NCBI GenBank assembly: GCA_947085205.1
Contig: CAMTVO010000014.1
Location: 1-64,000, forward strand
From: an uncultured Nitrospiraceae bacterium
Lineage (GTDB): Bacteria; Nitrospirota; Thermodesulfovibrionia; Thermodesulfovibrionales; Dissulfurispiraceae
Reading direction: 5' to 3'
DNA: 64,000 nt
The translations under genes and the position numbers were made by a program. This document shows, one piece after another, positions 6,513 through 16,568 of the stretch (the first letter of the stretch is position 1; each line of letters opens with the position of its first letter). The notes below the pieces were generated by a model. It was not told the DNA's origin. It searched no databases and was given only the letters and a program-made list of their open reading frames with translations.

Positions 6513-7820
6513 CAGCCTTACCGTTACCTCTTCCCCCGCATCGAGTCCGAGTTTATTCTGCGGAATAACAACAATTCCGTCGGCTTTTACAAGGGTGGTT
6601 ATCAATCCTGATTTGCCGAGGACAGGAACGGAGAATAATTCGCCATCCCTTACTTCAAGATAGACCCTTATATGGTCTTCCCTTCCGGCTGATGAAGCAA
6701 TGCTTTTGGACATTTTGGCCTTTATAGTGCGGCAGTGCGGCAGTGTGGCAGTGCGATAGTTTTTTAAAGAATTATCTTTTTCCTTATTGACTGTCGCTCT
6801 ATCGCTCTGTCGCACTATGCCGTTCAATCTTTCCAGAATCGGTCTTATAAAAAGGTCAAAGCAGACGACTATTGCGGCAGGATGTCCAGGAAGTCCTAAA
6901 ACGGGCTTATTATTTATAACCCCGCCTATCATCGGCTTTCCTGGTTTTAATGATACTCCGTGAAAAAGCACTCCCCACTTGCCATCATAGTTTTTGCCTA
7001 TGTCATTTATAATCTCTGCCGTCATGTCTTTTGCGCCGGCGGATGTACCGCCGCTTATCAAGACCATATCGGAATCCTTTAATGATTCCTGAATTATATT
7101 TTTTATAGTTTCATAATTATCTTTGAATATTCCTTTCTTTACAGGCATGCCGCCGTGTTCGATTATAAGGCCTGACAATGTAAATGAGTTGATGTCCCTA
7201 ATCTCCCCCAATTTTAAAGAACTGCTTGCGGTTACTATTTCGTCGCCTGTTGAAATAATTGATACGACAGGTTTTCTGAAAACATCTATTTCGGTTATTC
7301 CAAGTCCTGCGAGCGCTCCTATATCCTGAGCCCTTAATCTGCGGCCTTTTGTAAGAACGATTTCGCCTTTTTTTATATCCTCTCCCTTTTGAATTACATT
7401 TTCATTGGGGGCAACGGACTTCATAACTTCTATAATGTCATCAGAGACTATTTGCGCATGTTCCAGCATCAAAACAGCATCGGCGCCTGCCGGAAGCATG
7501 CCTCCTGTTGGTATCTTTGCAGTCTCTCCTTTTTTGATATCAAAATCAGGGGCAGAGCCCATAAATACCTCATGCTTCAAAGTGATGTATGCCGGAGATG
7601 TATCCTTTGCGCCGAATGTATCCATAGAACTTAGCGCATATCCGTCCATTGTTGAGCGGGAAAATGCAGGAAGGTCCTCAGGTGAGACTATATCAGAGGC
7701 AATGATACGACCGTAGCATTCCTCTATTTTTAAATTTTCGGTGGACAAAAAACTTTCTGGAATAGAGCTTAAAATAAGCCTTAATGCGTCTGAAGGCAAG
7801 AGATAGTTTTTGTCAAACAT
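6507..7820 (-). CDS. moeA: Molybdopterin molybdenumtransferase
   Basis: RSTMDGYA, TGGMLPAGADAV, STGDEI, SGGTS, KPGKP, GLPGHP. Confidence 0.93.
   Translation of the reverse strand: MFDKNYLLPSDALRLILSSIPESFLSTENLKIEECYGRIIASDIVSPEDLPAFSRSTMDGYALSSMDTFGAKDTSPAYITLKHEVFMGSAPDFDIKKGETAKIPTGGMLPAGADAVLMLEHAQIVSDDIIEVMKSVAPNENVIQKGEDIKKGEIVLTKGRRLRAQDIGALAGLGITEIDVFRKPVVSIISTGDEIVTASSSLKLGEIRDINSFTLSGLIIEHGGMPVKKGIFKDNYETIKNIIQESLKDSDMVLISGGTSAGAKDMTAEIINDIGKNYDGKWGVLFHGVSLKPGKPMIGGVINNKPVLGLPGHPAAIVVCFDLFIRPILERLNGIVRQSDRATVNKEKDNSLKNYRTATLPHCRTIKAKMSKSIASSAGREDHIRVYLEVRDGELFSVPVLGKSGLITTLVKADGIVVIPQNKLGLDAGEEVTVRLF
6724..6818. repeat. Inverted pair of 8-nt tandem arrays inside moeA
   Basis: (CGGCAGTG)n at 6724-6760 and reverse-complement-like (GTCGCTCT)n at 6790-6818. 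Confidence 0.8.
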
Positions 7821-7822
7821 CT

Positions 7823-8506
7823 TTAAAGCGGGCTTCTGCTCAGAACAGAGGCATCCTCGCCATTTTGGAACAAGTCCAGAATGCTTGCTATTGATTCGTC
7901 ATGGAGATTTATGATGTATTTCTTGTCGACTCCCCTCTTCCTTTTCTTGTTCAGAAGGGACAGAAATACCATCCCCTTATATATCCTTTTGTTGGTCTTG
8001 AAAGAGAAGATAAAACTGTCGAGGGAGCCTTCTAAAAATCTGTCGTTTCTTCTTTGGACAGTCCTGTCGATGGTCACTGACTGCAGCCAGTATGTTTTAT
8101 TTATTATGCTGTCGGCCTTCATCTCTATCCATGCATGCCCCACATCCCATTTGTCTTCTGTAAGGGCTTCATGGGCAACGGTATCTGCTGCAAGATGGCT
8201 CAGATAGCCGTAGACAAATGCCTTTTCCTGCCCCTTCTTTGCCTGCTCCAGAAGCTTAAGCCCTACATCCCAACTGTGGGAGCTTTTGTCGTCCGGAAGA
8301 TATTTTTTTCCGAGTATCATGTCCGCCATCAGATTTCCGTAAAGAAAATCCTGGCGGTATTTCTTCAATAAGGTCATAATTCCTGTCGGAATTAAAGACG
8401 CATACGAATACATTTCACTTCCTAAATACATGTGAGTCATAGGCCCCCATGCGAACGCGAAAGACGGAACGAATAAAAATCCGAAAAATGCGAATAAAAA
8501 GACCAT
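7823..8506 (-). CDS. Zinc-dependent phospholipase C family protein
   Basis: Signal peptide followed by WGPMTH; GYLSHLAADTVAH; H..IEM.AD. Confidence 0.7.
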   Translation of the reverse strand: MVFLFAFFGFLFVPSFAFAWGPMTHMYLGSEMYSYASLIPTGIMTLLKKYRQDFLYGNLMADMILGKKYLPDDKSSHSWDVGLKLLEQAKKGQEKAFVYGYLSHLAADTVAHEALTEDKWDVGHAWIEMKADSIINKTYWLQSVTIDRTVQRRNDRFLEGSLDSFIFSFKTNKRIYKGMVFLSLLNKKRKRGVDKKYIINLHDESIASILDLFQNGEDASVLSRSPL

Positions 8507-9976
8507 TTATTCTATCTCCTTCAAGAAATTAAGCACCAATCTGACTCCCATCGCTGTAGCGCCTTTAGGCGTATAGGGCTTATCCTTTTCATTCCATGCC
8601 GTGCCTGCTATGTCGAGATGAACCCATGGCATGTCGCCTGTGAATTCCTTAAGGAAATAAGCTGCTGTAACGAGCGAGCCCGTTTTGCCTCCGCTGTTTT
8701 TTATATCGGCTACATCGCTTTTGATATATTCCCTGTATTCGTCATAAAGCGGCATCTGCCATACCCTTTCATATATCTCTTCAGATGCCCTTTTAAGTTT
8801 TTCCATAAGCTCTGTATTATTTCCCATCATTGCTATCGCCTCGCTGCCGAGCGCTATTGAGCACGCTCCGGTCAGGGTAGCGATATCGATTACAGCCTTC
8901 GGCTCATAATATTTTATCGCATATCCGATGGCATCCGCAAGGGCAAGACGACCCTCTGCATCAGTATTTATTATCTCAACCGTCTTTCCTGTTATGGTCT
9001 TAACAATATCTCCAGGCTTCGAGGCACTGCCTCCCGGAAGGTTTTCCGTAGCAGGAAGGATGCCAATAATATTTACAGGCAATTCCAACTCCGAAGCAGC
9101 CTTTATTATGGCAAGCACAGACGCTCCGCCCGACATATCGTATTTCATTTTCTCCATTCCCTCTGCCGGCTTCAGGGATATGCCGCCGCTGTCAAAAGTT
9201 ATGGATTTACCCACAAGGGCTAAAGGCGATCCCTTTCCTCCTTTATATTCTATAACGATAAACTTAGGAGGTTCAGCAGAACCTTTAGATACAGACAAGT
9301 ACGCTCCCATGCCCTCTTCCTCTATATCTTTTTTATCCAACACTTTAACTTTAATCTTCTTACCGGAAAGGGATTTTGCAATATCGCTCAAAACAGTTGG
9401 AGTCATGTCATTGGAAGGTGTATTGATAAGGTCCTTTGCAAAATTCACTGCTGAAACGACTGACTGCAGCCATTTAAGGGGAATGTCCTTATCTTCGCTG
9501 AGTATTGCAGCTGTCTTGATCTCTTTGTTGTTTTCTGTTTTTTTGTATTTCTCAAATCTATAGAGGCTTAAAAGTCCGCCTTCAATGAAATAAAATACCG
9601 GCCTTTGTGACGCAGAAAAACTCTTCGGCAGACGGCTGAATATAATGGTTGATACGGCTGCATCTTTTATTCCTGTTTCCCTGAGATAGGAAAATGCCTT
9701 GCCGCCCGCCTGCCTTATCCTGTCCGATGTTATATCGGCTTGTTTGCCGATCCCTATCAATAAAATTCTTTCCGAATTGATATTCCTGACATGAAGCAGT
9801 GTGAGCTGATTCTGTTTGCCTGTAAACTCTTTTGAATTAATGACCTTCCGTATCAGCCCGCCGATTATTGAATCAATATCAGAATAAATGTCTGTGAAAT
9901 AGTCTTCAAAAAAAGGAAGGATTAATGCATCAGTTTTTATCCCTTCTTCCGGTATGTTTTTAATAAGGACGTTCAT
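8507..9976 (-). CDS. pepA: Leucyl aminopeptidase (M17)
   Basis: GKSITFDSGG, MKYDMSG, NTDAEGRL, HLDIAG. Confidence 0.95.
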   Translation of the reverse strand: MNVLIKNIPEEGIKTDALILPFFEDYFTDIYSDIDSIIGGLIRKVINSKEFTGKQNQLTLLHVRNINSERILLIGIGKQADITSDRIRQAGGKAFSYLRETGIKDAAVSTIIFSRLPKSFSASQRPVFYFIEGGLLSLYRFEKYKKTENNKEIKTAAILSEDKDIPLKWLQSVVSAVNFAKDLINTPSNDMTPTVLSDIAKSLSGKKIKVKVLDKKDIEEEGMGAYLSVSKGSAEPPKFIVIEYKGGKGSPLALVGKSITFDSGGISLKPAEGMEKMKYDMSGGASVLAIIKAASELELPVNIIGILPATENLPGGSASKPGDIVKTITGKTVEIINTDAEGRLALADAIGYAIKYYEPKAVIDIATLTGACSIALGSEAIAMMGNNTELMEKLKRASEEIYERVWQMPLYDEYREYIKSDVADIKNSGGKTGSLVTAAYFLKEFTGDMPWVHLDIAGTAWNEKDKPYTPKGATAMGVRLVLNFLKEIE

Positions 9977-10572
9977 TATGATTGAGTTTTATTGGCCTGT
10001 ATCGCAGAACGATTATATTTATTCATTGCCTTATCGACACCTTTTGTTACGATGCACGCAACAGCATAGGACGTGTTAATTATAACATCTTTTATAAGAT
10101 TTTTTTCAGCCGGCTTAAAATTAGTGAGCACATATTCTTCAACAGGAATATCTTTATTCCGTCCTATACCAACCTTTACGCGTATAAAATCCTTTGCGCC
10201 CAGTTCCTGAATTATTGATTCAACACCCCTGTGTCCGCCGGATGCGCCGTTTTTCCTGATTTTCATATTCCCCGTATCAACATCGAGGTCATCGTGTACG
10301 ACAATCAAGCTGTTTGAAATCTTATCCGGAAATATATTTGCCTTCTTGACTGCCTTTTTCACGGCAAGCCCGCTTCTGTTCATAAAAGTAAGGGGCTTTA
10401 GAAGGATAACATCAACTCCTTCTATAGCCCCTTTGCCTATAACATACATATCCTTTTCTTCCAACCGGATATTATATTCTTCGGATAGCCGGTCTATTAC
10501 ATTAAATCCGATATTATGGCGTGTCCCGGCGTATTTATTACCGGGATTGCCTAAACCGGCAATAACCCACAT
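9976..10572 (-). CDS. pth: Peptidyl-tRNA hydrolase
   Basis: GLGNPG..Y..TRHNIGF, KPLTFMNRSG, VHDDLD, GGHRG. Confidence 0.96.
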   Translation of the reverse strand: MWVIAGLGNPGNKYAGTRHNIGFNVIDRLSEEYNIRLEEKDMYVIGKGAIEGVDVILLKPLTFMNRSGLAVKKAVKKANIFPDKISNSLIVVHDDLDVDTGNMKIRKNGASGGHRGVESIIQELGAKDFIRVKVGIGRNKDIPVEEYVLTNFKPAEKNLIKDVIINTSYAVACIVTKGVDKAMNKYNRSAIQANKTQS

Positions 10573-10594
10573 CTGCCATTACTCCAACACTCCA

Positions 10595-11236
10595 CTACTC
10601 CTTCGTTTCTTCTTTCTTGCCTTTCTTTATCACTTCAGGCTCGGCCGCTTCCACTGCGGCTTCGACCGGTGCCGCAACCTCTTCCTTAATGCCGATTACC
10701 GTTGCAAGAACTTCATGAGGATCGGTAAGAATACGGATACCCTCGCCAATCTTCAAATCACTGACATGGATAGAGTGGCCGATTCCCAGATGGGTTACAT
10801 CCACATCGATATGACCAGGAATCTTGTCGGGCAGGCATTCGATTTCTATATCCCTCAAGCCATGCTGAAGCAATCCTTTATCCCGCTTTACGCCGATGGC
10901 CTCGCCTTTTATGACCACATGCACCGATACCCTCATCGTCTCTGTAGCGGAAATTTCCTGAAAATCCACATGAAGCAGATTGCCTATAACCGGGTCTTTC
11001 TGATAATCCTTTACTATGGCTTGTTTTGTATCGTCAGAGAATTGAAGGTTCACGATCACCTGTTCTCCGGCAGTCTTGCTGATAAACTGGGAAAGCTCCT
11101 TGCCGGAAAGCTGTACAGGCAGGGAATTACCGCCTTTATAAAGAACTGCCGGAATGATTCCGCCCCTCCTCAAAGACCGTGCCCCGCCTTTACCGGATTT
11201 CTCTCTTTTTTCCACATTAAGTGTCGCTCTTTCCAT
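10595..11236 (-). CDS. rplY: 50S ribosomal protein L25 (Ctc form)
   Basis: GKGGARSLRR.GIIPAVLY, HVDF; ATG at 11236 preceded by AGGAGG; prs-rplY-pth order. Confidence 0.93.
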   Translation of the reverse strand: MERATLNVEKREKSGKGGARSLRRGGIIPAVLYKGGNSLPVQLSGKELSQFISKTAGEQVIVNLQFSDDTKQAIVKDYQKDPVIGNLLHVDFQEISATETMRVSVHVVIKGEAIGVKRDKGLLQHGLRDIEIECLPDKIPGHIDVDVTHLGIGHSIHVSDLKIGEGIRILTDPHEVLATVIGIKEEVAAPVEAAVEAAEPEVIKKGKKEETKE

Positions 11237-11252
11237 GTTTCCTCCTATTAAA

Positions 11253-12194
11253 TTATACAAACAATGAACTTACCGAAGTCTCTTCATGAATCCTTTTGAT
11301 GGCCTCTGCCAGAAGTGACGCTACACTTAACACCCTTAATTTTTTGCACGAACTTTGTTTATCGTCCATAGGAATGGTGTCGGTAGTTATAACCTCCTCA
11401 AGCGCAGAGTTGTTTATCCTGTCAATTGCAGGGCCGGACAGCACAGCATGGCTGCATGCTGCAAATACCCTTTTTGCGCCGTTGTCTTTAATCGCCTGAG
11501 CTGCCTGCGTTGTGGTTCCGGCAGTGTCTATCATATCATCAAGGATGATTGCGTCCTTTTCTTTTACATCACCTATTACATGCATAACCTTTGAGACCAT
11601 TGCAGTCTCGCGCCTTTTATCAACAATGGCCAATGAGGCGTCCAATCTCTTGGCAAACGCCCTTGCTCTTTCAACACCGCCTGCATCAGGTGAAACTATA
11701 ACCAGGTTTTCGAACTTGCATTTTTTGATGTAATCAAGTAAGACAGGTGCGGCATATAAATGGTCAACAGGGATATTGAAAAAGCCCTGTATTTGTGCTG
11801 CATGGAGGTCTACGGTCATGATTCTGTTTGTACCTGCTGCAGTGAGCAAATCGGCAACAAGTTTTGACGAGATAGGAACCCTCGGCTGAGCCTTCCTGTC
11901 CTGCCTTGCATAGCCGTAATAAGGGATTACTGCTGTTATCCTCTTTGCCGATGCCCTTTTCAGCGCATCGATAATAAGAAGAAGTTCCATGATATTTTGA
12001 TTTACAGGCGTGCATGTAGGCTGGATTACAAACACATCACCACCTCTTATGTTTTCATTAATCTGAATCATAATCTCACCGTCGCTGAATCTGGTAACGG
12101 TGGTATCTGTCAGGGGGATACCAATGCATTCGCTGACATGATTTGCAAGCGTTCTGTTTGCATTGCCTGTAATGAGTTTTATTCCATTATGCAT
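11253..12194 (-). CDS. prs: Ribose-phosphate pyrophosphokinase
   Basis: FSDGE, PYYGYARQDRK, VSPDAGG, DDMIDTAGT; start at MHNGIK with RBS GGAGG. Confidence 0.96.
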   Translation of the reverse strand: MHNGIKLITGNANRTLANHVSECIGIPLTDTTVTRFSDGEIMIQINENIRGGDVFVIQPTCTPVNQNIMELLLIIDALKRASAKRITAVIPYYGYARQDRKAQPRVPISSKLVADLLTAAGTNRIMTVDLHAAQIQGFFNIPVDHLYAAPVLLDYIKKCKFENLVIVSPDAGGVERARAFAKRLDASLAIVDKRRETAMVSKVMHVIGDVKEKDAIILDDMIDTAGTTTQAAQAIKDNGAKRVFAACSHAVLSGPAIDRINNSALEEVITTDTIPMDDKQSSCKKLRVLSVASLLAEAIKRIHEETSVSSLFV

Positions 12195-12214
12195 CTTTCC
12201 TCCATAATCAATTA

Positions 12215-12286
12215 CTGGGGCGCCAGGATTCGAACCTGGGAATGGCAGATCCAAAATCTGCTGACTTGCCGCTTGTCGACGCCCCA
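12215..12286 (-). tRNA. tRNA-Gln (TTG), CCA not encoded
   Basis: TGGGGCG/CGCCCCA acceptor stem, GCAGA-TTTTGGA-TCTGC anticodon arm, GGTTCGAATCC; usual ispE-tRNA-Gln-prs position. Confidence 0.95.
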
Positions 12287-12307
12287 AAAAGACAGGCCGC
12301 TCACCGC

Positions 12308-13189
12308 TTACCGTTCACTGCTTACTGTAGTTTCTACAACTCTATTCCAATACGATGAAAACAGTTTTGCCGCCTCAATCGCCTTAGCCCTGCTTTCGAA
12401 AAGTCCAAAAACCGTTGAACCGCTTCCGCTCATAATCGCCATCGAGGCTCCGGCATACAGCAGTTTTTCTTTCAAACCGCCAATCACAGGATATTTCCCG
12501 ATGACAGCCTCCTCAAAGTCATTATGCACATGAGCATGAAGAAGAGAAACATCCCCTGTCTTAATAGCCTCGTAAATGAACTTAATATTATTAAATTTAC
12601 CCCCTGTTTTTGTCAATTCCATGCTTGACCCTTGACCCTTGACCCTTGACCTTATTTTTTCATAGGCCCATGCGGTAGATACAGATGCCGAAGGCTTTAC
12701 AAGCAGCAATGTATAAGATATGCCTATTTCTAATGGTGTAAGAACCTCTCCCCTACCCTCGGCAATGGCAACAGGACAGTCAAAAAAAAATGGCACATCA
12801 GAGCCGAGATCTGCACCTATTTCCTTTAAATCTTCTTCTCTCAAACCAAGACCCCACAGCTTATTCAGTCCTATCAGGGTATATGCAGCGTCGCTGCTTC
12901 CTCCGCCGAGTCCTGAACCGGAAGGGATCTCTTTTTTAAGAACAATTTTAGCCCCTTTACTTGTGCCCGTATAAGACATGAGCCTCTCGGCTGCCTTATA
13001 CACAAGGTTATGATGATACGGGACATCAATATCTGCAGCCAGTTCTAAAGCATCGGAATGCTCAAAGGTCAATGTGTCATAAAGTCCTATGCAGTGCATT
13101 AGAGAAAGGATATTGTGATAGCCATCATCCCTCTTGTTCAGAACATAAAGAGACCAGTTTATCTTGGCAGGAGCCTTTAATGTAACCAT
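12308..13189 (-). CDS. ispE: 4-diphosphocytidyl-2-C-methyl-D-erythritol kinase
   Basis: APAKINW.L, IPSGSGLGGGSSDAA, GSDVPFF, MSGSGSTVF. Confidence 0.95.
   Translation of the reverse strand: MVTLKAPAKINWSLYVLNKRDDGYHNILSLMHCIGLYDTLTFEHSDALELAADIDVPYHHNLVYKAAERLMSYTGTSKGAKIVLKKEIPSGSGLGGGSSDAAYTLIGLNKLWGLGLREEDLKEIGADLGSDVPFFFDCPVAIAEGRGEVLTPLEIGISYTLLLVKPSASVSTAWAYEKIRSRVKGQGSSMELTKTGGKFNNIKFIYEAIKTGDVSLLHAHVHNDFEEAVIGKYPVIGGLKEKLLYAGASMAIMSGSGSTVFGLFESRAKAIEAAKLFSSYWNRVVETTVSSER
12624..12651. repeat. (CTTGACC)x4 inside ispE
   Basis: Four perfect heptamers. Confidence 0.9.
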
Positions 13190-13263
13190 AATTACGAATT
13201 ATCAATTACGAATTATTGAATTATCTTCTTCAATTCTTAATTCGTAATTCTAAATTCTTAATT
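13189..13263. repeat. Inverted heptamer arrays at the TPR/ispE junction
   Basis: AATTACG-type units, then AATTCTT-type units. Confidence 0.75.
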
Positions 13264-14972
13264 TTCTTCTCGACCCTATCCTTCAGTCCTTCTTCCTTTT
13301 CATGAAATTTCAGCGCCTCGGTCCATGCATTGACTGCATCCTTGTAATTTCCCATAACCTCATGAACATCGCCTATATGCTCGTACAATACAGGGTCGTC
13401 CTTTACATGCCTCAACGCGTCCTTGAGGGTCTTTAATGCATCCTCAAGTCTTCCGAGTTTGAAATACACCCATCCGAGACTATCAATGATGTATCCGCTG
13501 TCTGGCTTTAATTCAAGCGCTTTTTTAATAAGGGTCAAAGCCTCCTGAAGATTTATTCCTTTGTCCGCATAACTGTATCCGAGGTAATTCAATGCATCGG
13601 CATGGTTGGGGTTCATCTCGATGGTGCGCTTCAGATAAGCAACCATATCGTCAAACCGTCCCATTTTTTCGTATGCTACAGCGATGCCGAAATTTAATTC
13701 ATCGCTGTTATTAAAAAGCTTCAGCCCTTCCTTTAGAACAGCCTCTGCCTTTGTATACTCCTTTGCCTGTATATATGCACTGCCGAGATATGTGTAAATC
13801 TCCGGTTTCCCCTTTTCAAAGCTCAGTATCTCCTCGTATATCTTTACGGCATCTGCATGGCGATTCTGTCTTGAGTAAATAAGCGCAAGGTTTAAAAAGG
13901 CATTTATATTTTTGGGCTCAGCCGATATTATCTTTTTTAGCTCCTCAACCGCTTCGTCATATCTTTTCAGTTCCGCCAAAACCAGCGACAGATAATATCT
14001 CGATGCAACATCATCAGGCATTGCTTCAAGAACTATCCTGAACTCGGCGACGGCCTTGTCATACTGTTTTTCCTGTAGATACAGAAAACCAAGCCTTTGA
14101 TGGATGCCTATATTTTTAGGCGCTTCTTTTAAAATATCTCCAAACTCTTTAATAGCCTTTCCGAAGGCCTTCTCGGTAAGATATAACTGCGCAAGCCTTT
14201 CCTTTGCAAAAAGGTTATGGGGATTAATGCTAAGAACTTTCTTATAATATTCCTCTGCTGCATTTAAATCGCCCTTTGTTTCCCTGATAAGACCCAAATT
14301 CATGTAGGCTGCATCAAAGGAGGGATTTATTTCTATGATTCTGCTGAATAGTTCTTCGGACCTGACATAGTCCTTCTTTTCCATATTTATCAAGCCCATA
14401 TAATACATAGACATTATATTTTCAGGATCTCTTTTCAAGATAGCCTCAAAAATATTCAACGCGTTTTGAAATTCCCCCTTCGTGGCATACAGGATTCCTA
14501 AAAATAAAGATGCCTCATTTTTTTCAGGGGCTATTTTCAGGATATTCTCATATATCCTTATGGCACCTTCCAGTTTCCTTTGAGAGTTATACAATTCTCC
14601 AAGCAGCATAAGGGCAGGCACATGGTCAGGGTGAGTCTTTGTAATCTCTTCCAATCTTGTCATGGCATCCTTAATTCTTCCAAGCCTGACAAGCATATAG
14701 CTTACTTGTGTCTTTAAATGGGCGGATGTCGGATCAAAACTCAGGGCGTTGGAATAGCGCCTCAAGGCTTCTTCCCATCTTCCGCTGATTTCAGCCTCGT
14801 ATCCCAGCAAATACTCAAAGTAAGCCTTTCCTTCATGCAGAATAGATTCTTTTCCTGACGGCGACGCTGTGTTGACAGCTTGTTTATTCCGATTTTTTGA
14901 GAATGCGGAACAAGAGGTTGCAAAAGTAAAAACAAAAATACAAATCAAAATAACAACTATTCTCACCGGCAT
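13230..14972 (-). CDS. Exported tetratricopeptide-repeat protein
   Basis: N-terminal hydrophobic signal, many TPR-like units, ALNYLGYSYA and DSLGWVYFK. Confidence 0.85.
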   Translation of the reverse strand: MPVRIVVILICIFVFTFATSCSAFSKNRNKQAVNTASPSGKESILHEGKAYFEYLLGYEAEISGRWEEALRRYSNALSFDPTSAHLKTQVSYMLVRLGRIKDAMTRLEEITKTHPDHVPALMLLGELYNSQRKLEGAIRIYENILKIAPEKNEASLFLGILYATKGEFQNALNIFEAILKRDPENIMSMYYMGLINMEKKDYVRSEELFSRIIEINPSFDAAYMNLGLIRETKGDLNAAEEYYKKVLSINPHNLFAKERLAQLYLTEKAFGKAIKEFGDILKEAPKNIGIHQRLGFLYLQEKQYDKAVAEFRIVLEAMPDDVASRYYLSLVLAELKRYDEAVEELKKIISAEPKNINAFLNLALIYSRQNRHADAVKIYEEILSFEKGKPEIYTYLGSAYIQAKEYTKAEAVLKEGLKLFNNSDELNFGIAVAYEKMGRFDDMVAYLKRTIEMNPNHADALNYLGYSYADKGINLQEALTLIKKALELKPDSGYIIDSLGWVYFKLGRLEDALKTLKDALRHVKDDPVLYEHIGDVHEVMGNYKDAVNAWTEALKFHEKEEGLKDRVEKKIKNLELRIKN

Positions 14973-15071
14973 GTTTAATTATGGCATAAAGGGTTTATAA
15001 ATATAAAGCTGGAGCGCCGAAATAAAAGAGGTTATTGTCTCCACTGTCATCATTCTGATAAACTTTCCATC

Positions 15072-16568
15072 ATGCAAAATACTTTTATATCAAAACTTGA
15101 TTCTCTCGAAAAAAAACTCTATCAACTCATCATCAGCAGGCTTGATGGGGATAGAATCCAATCAGAAAAATATCAGCATAAAATATTCAGGCTTGTTGAA
15201 AGAGGCATTGGCGGATTTATCGTTTTCGGAGGCGGCAGAGACGAGGTAAAAGAGTTTACCGCCAAAATTCAATCTCTTTCAGAAATACCGCTTTTCATAG
15301 CATCCGACATTGAGCGGGGAGTAGGACAACAGATAAAAGGCGCAACCAATTTCCCATGCCAAATGGCTGTATCGGCAGCTATTGATAAAAACAGAGAGGG
15401 CGATGCTTTTATCCTCGAAAACATGATAAAAGCAGTTGCTGATGAATCGATTGACATTGGAATAAACATGCCGTTAATTCCGGTGATGGATGTAAATAAA
15501 AACCCGGACAATCCCATAATATGCACAAGGGCATTTTCGGACAATCCTGAAGATGCGGCATGGTTCGGTTCAAAATATATAAAAATCCTCGAAGATTCAG
15601 GGCTTATAAGCTGTGCTAAACATTTTCCGGGGCATGGCGATACAGCCGTAGATTCCCATATCTCGCTTCCGGTAATTAATAAAACAAAAGCTGATTTAAT
15701 GAGAGACGACACAATGCCTTTTATCGAAGCCATTAGAGCAAACGTAAGCAGCATTATGATAGGACACTTAACAGTTCCTGAACTCGACTCAAAACCTGCA
15801 AGCCTGTCAAAAAAAATTATTACTGATTTATTGAGAAAAGAGCTTGGATTTAAAGGCCTGATACTCACAGACGCGCTGAATATGCATGCCCTGAAAGACT
15901 TCGGGAACGTGGCTGTTGAATGCATAAATGCCGGAGCCGACATATTGCTTCATCCTGTGGACGCTGACACAGTAGTCAAAGAACTCTTATCGGCAGTAAA
16001 ATCTAAAGAGATAGGTGAAAAACAGATTGATAATGCTGTAAGCAACTTATTAAAAGCAAAGACAAGACTTCAAAATATCAGAAAGTCCGAAGTTAATTAT
16101 ACAGCTCACGAGTCAATTTCAAAACAAATCACCGATATGTCCGTAAGCATTGTGAAATATAAGTCAGGAGTCCTGCCACTCAAGGACTTTAACAAAGTGC
16201 AGATAGTATTTGCTGGAGACGAAAATCTTTACAAGCCTTCTATATTAAAAAATCTTCTCAGCCATGAAGCTCTAACCCCTAACTCTGAATGCTCTATTTT
16301 CGCAGTATTCACCAGTGTTTTTGCATGGAAGGGCAGTTCAGGCATAAGCGATGAAGAGAGACAGAAAATTAATGAACTGATTAAAAAAGCCGGAATTTCT
16401 ATTGTCATTTCCTTTGGAAGCCCTTATGTCTTACGCCATTTTAAAGAAGCTGATATACTTATTGCTGCTTACGAGGCAACAGAGCAGGCACAAACGGCTG
16501 TAATCAAGCGCTTAAAAAGAGAGATGTATTTTAAGGGACAGATTCCGGTAAACCTAAGTGAAACTTAA
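15072..16568 (+). CDS. nagZ: GH3 beta-N-acetylhexosaminidase
   Basis: DIERG, KHFPGHGDTAVDSH, LTDALNM. Confidence 0.85.
   Translation: MQNTFISKLDSLEKKLYQLIISRLDGDRIQSEKYQHKIFRLVERGIGGFIVFGGGRDEVKEFTAKIQSLSEIPLFIASDIERGVGQQIKGATNFPCQMAVSAAIDKNREGDAFILENMIKAVADESIDIGINMPLIPVMDVNKNPDNPIICTRAFSDNPEDAAWFGSKYIKILEDSGLISCAKHFPGHGDTAVDSHISLPVINKTKADLMRDDTMPFIEAIRANVSSIMIGHLTVPELDSKPASLSKKIITDLLRKELGFKGLILTDALNMHALKDFGNVAVECINAGADILLHPVDADTVVKELLSAVKSKEIGEKQIDNAVSNLLKAKTRLQNIRKSEVNYTAHESISKQITDMSVSIVKYKSGVLPLKDFNKVQIVFAGDENLYKPSILKNLLSHEALTPNSECSIFAVFTSVFAWKGSSGISDEERQKINELIKKAGISIVISFGSPYVLRHFKEADILIAAYEATEQAQTAVIKRLKREMYFKGQIPVNLSET

Noticed and set aside
10346..11251. 301 aa + strand ORF and the many other antisense ORFs
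   Set aside because: They shadow well-supported genes on the opposite strand and show no recognisable motifs.
12195..12287. N-terminal extension of the prs ORF (track start 12287)
   Set aside because: It is the tRNA-Gln sequence read as codons; a good RBS and ATG lie at 12194.
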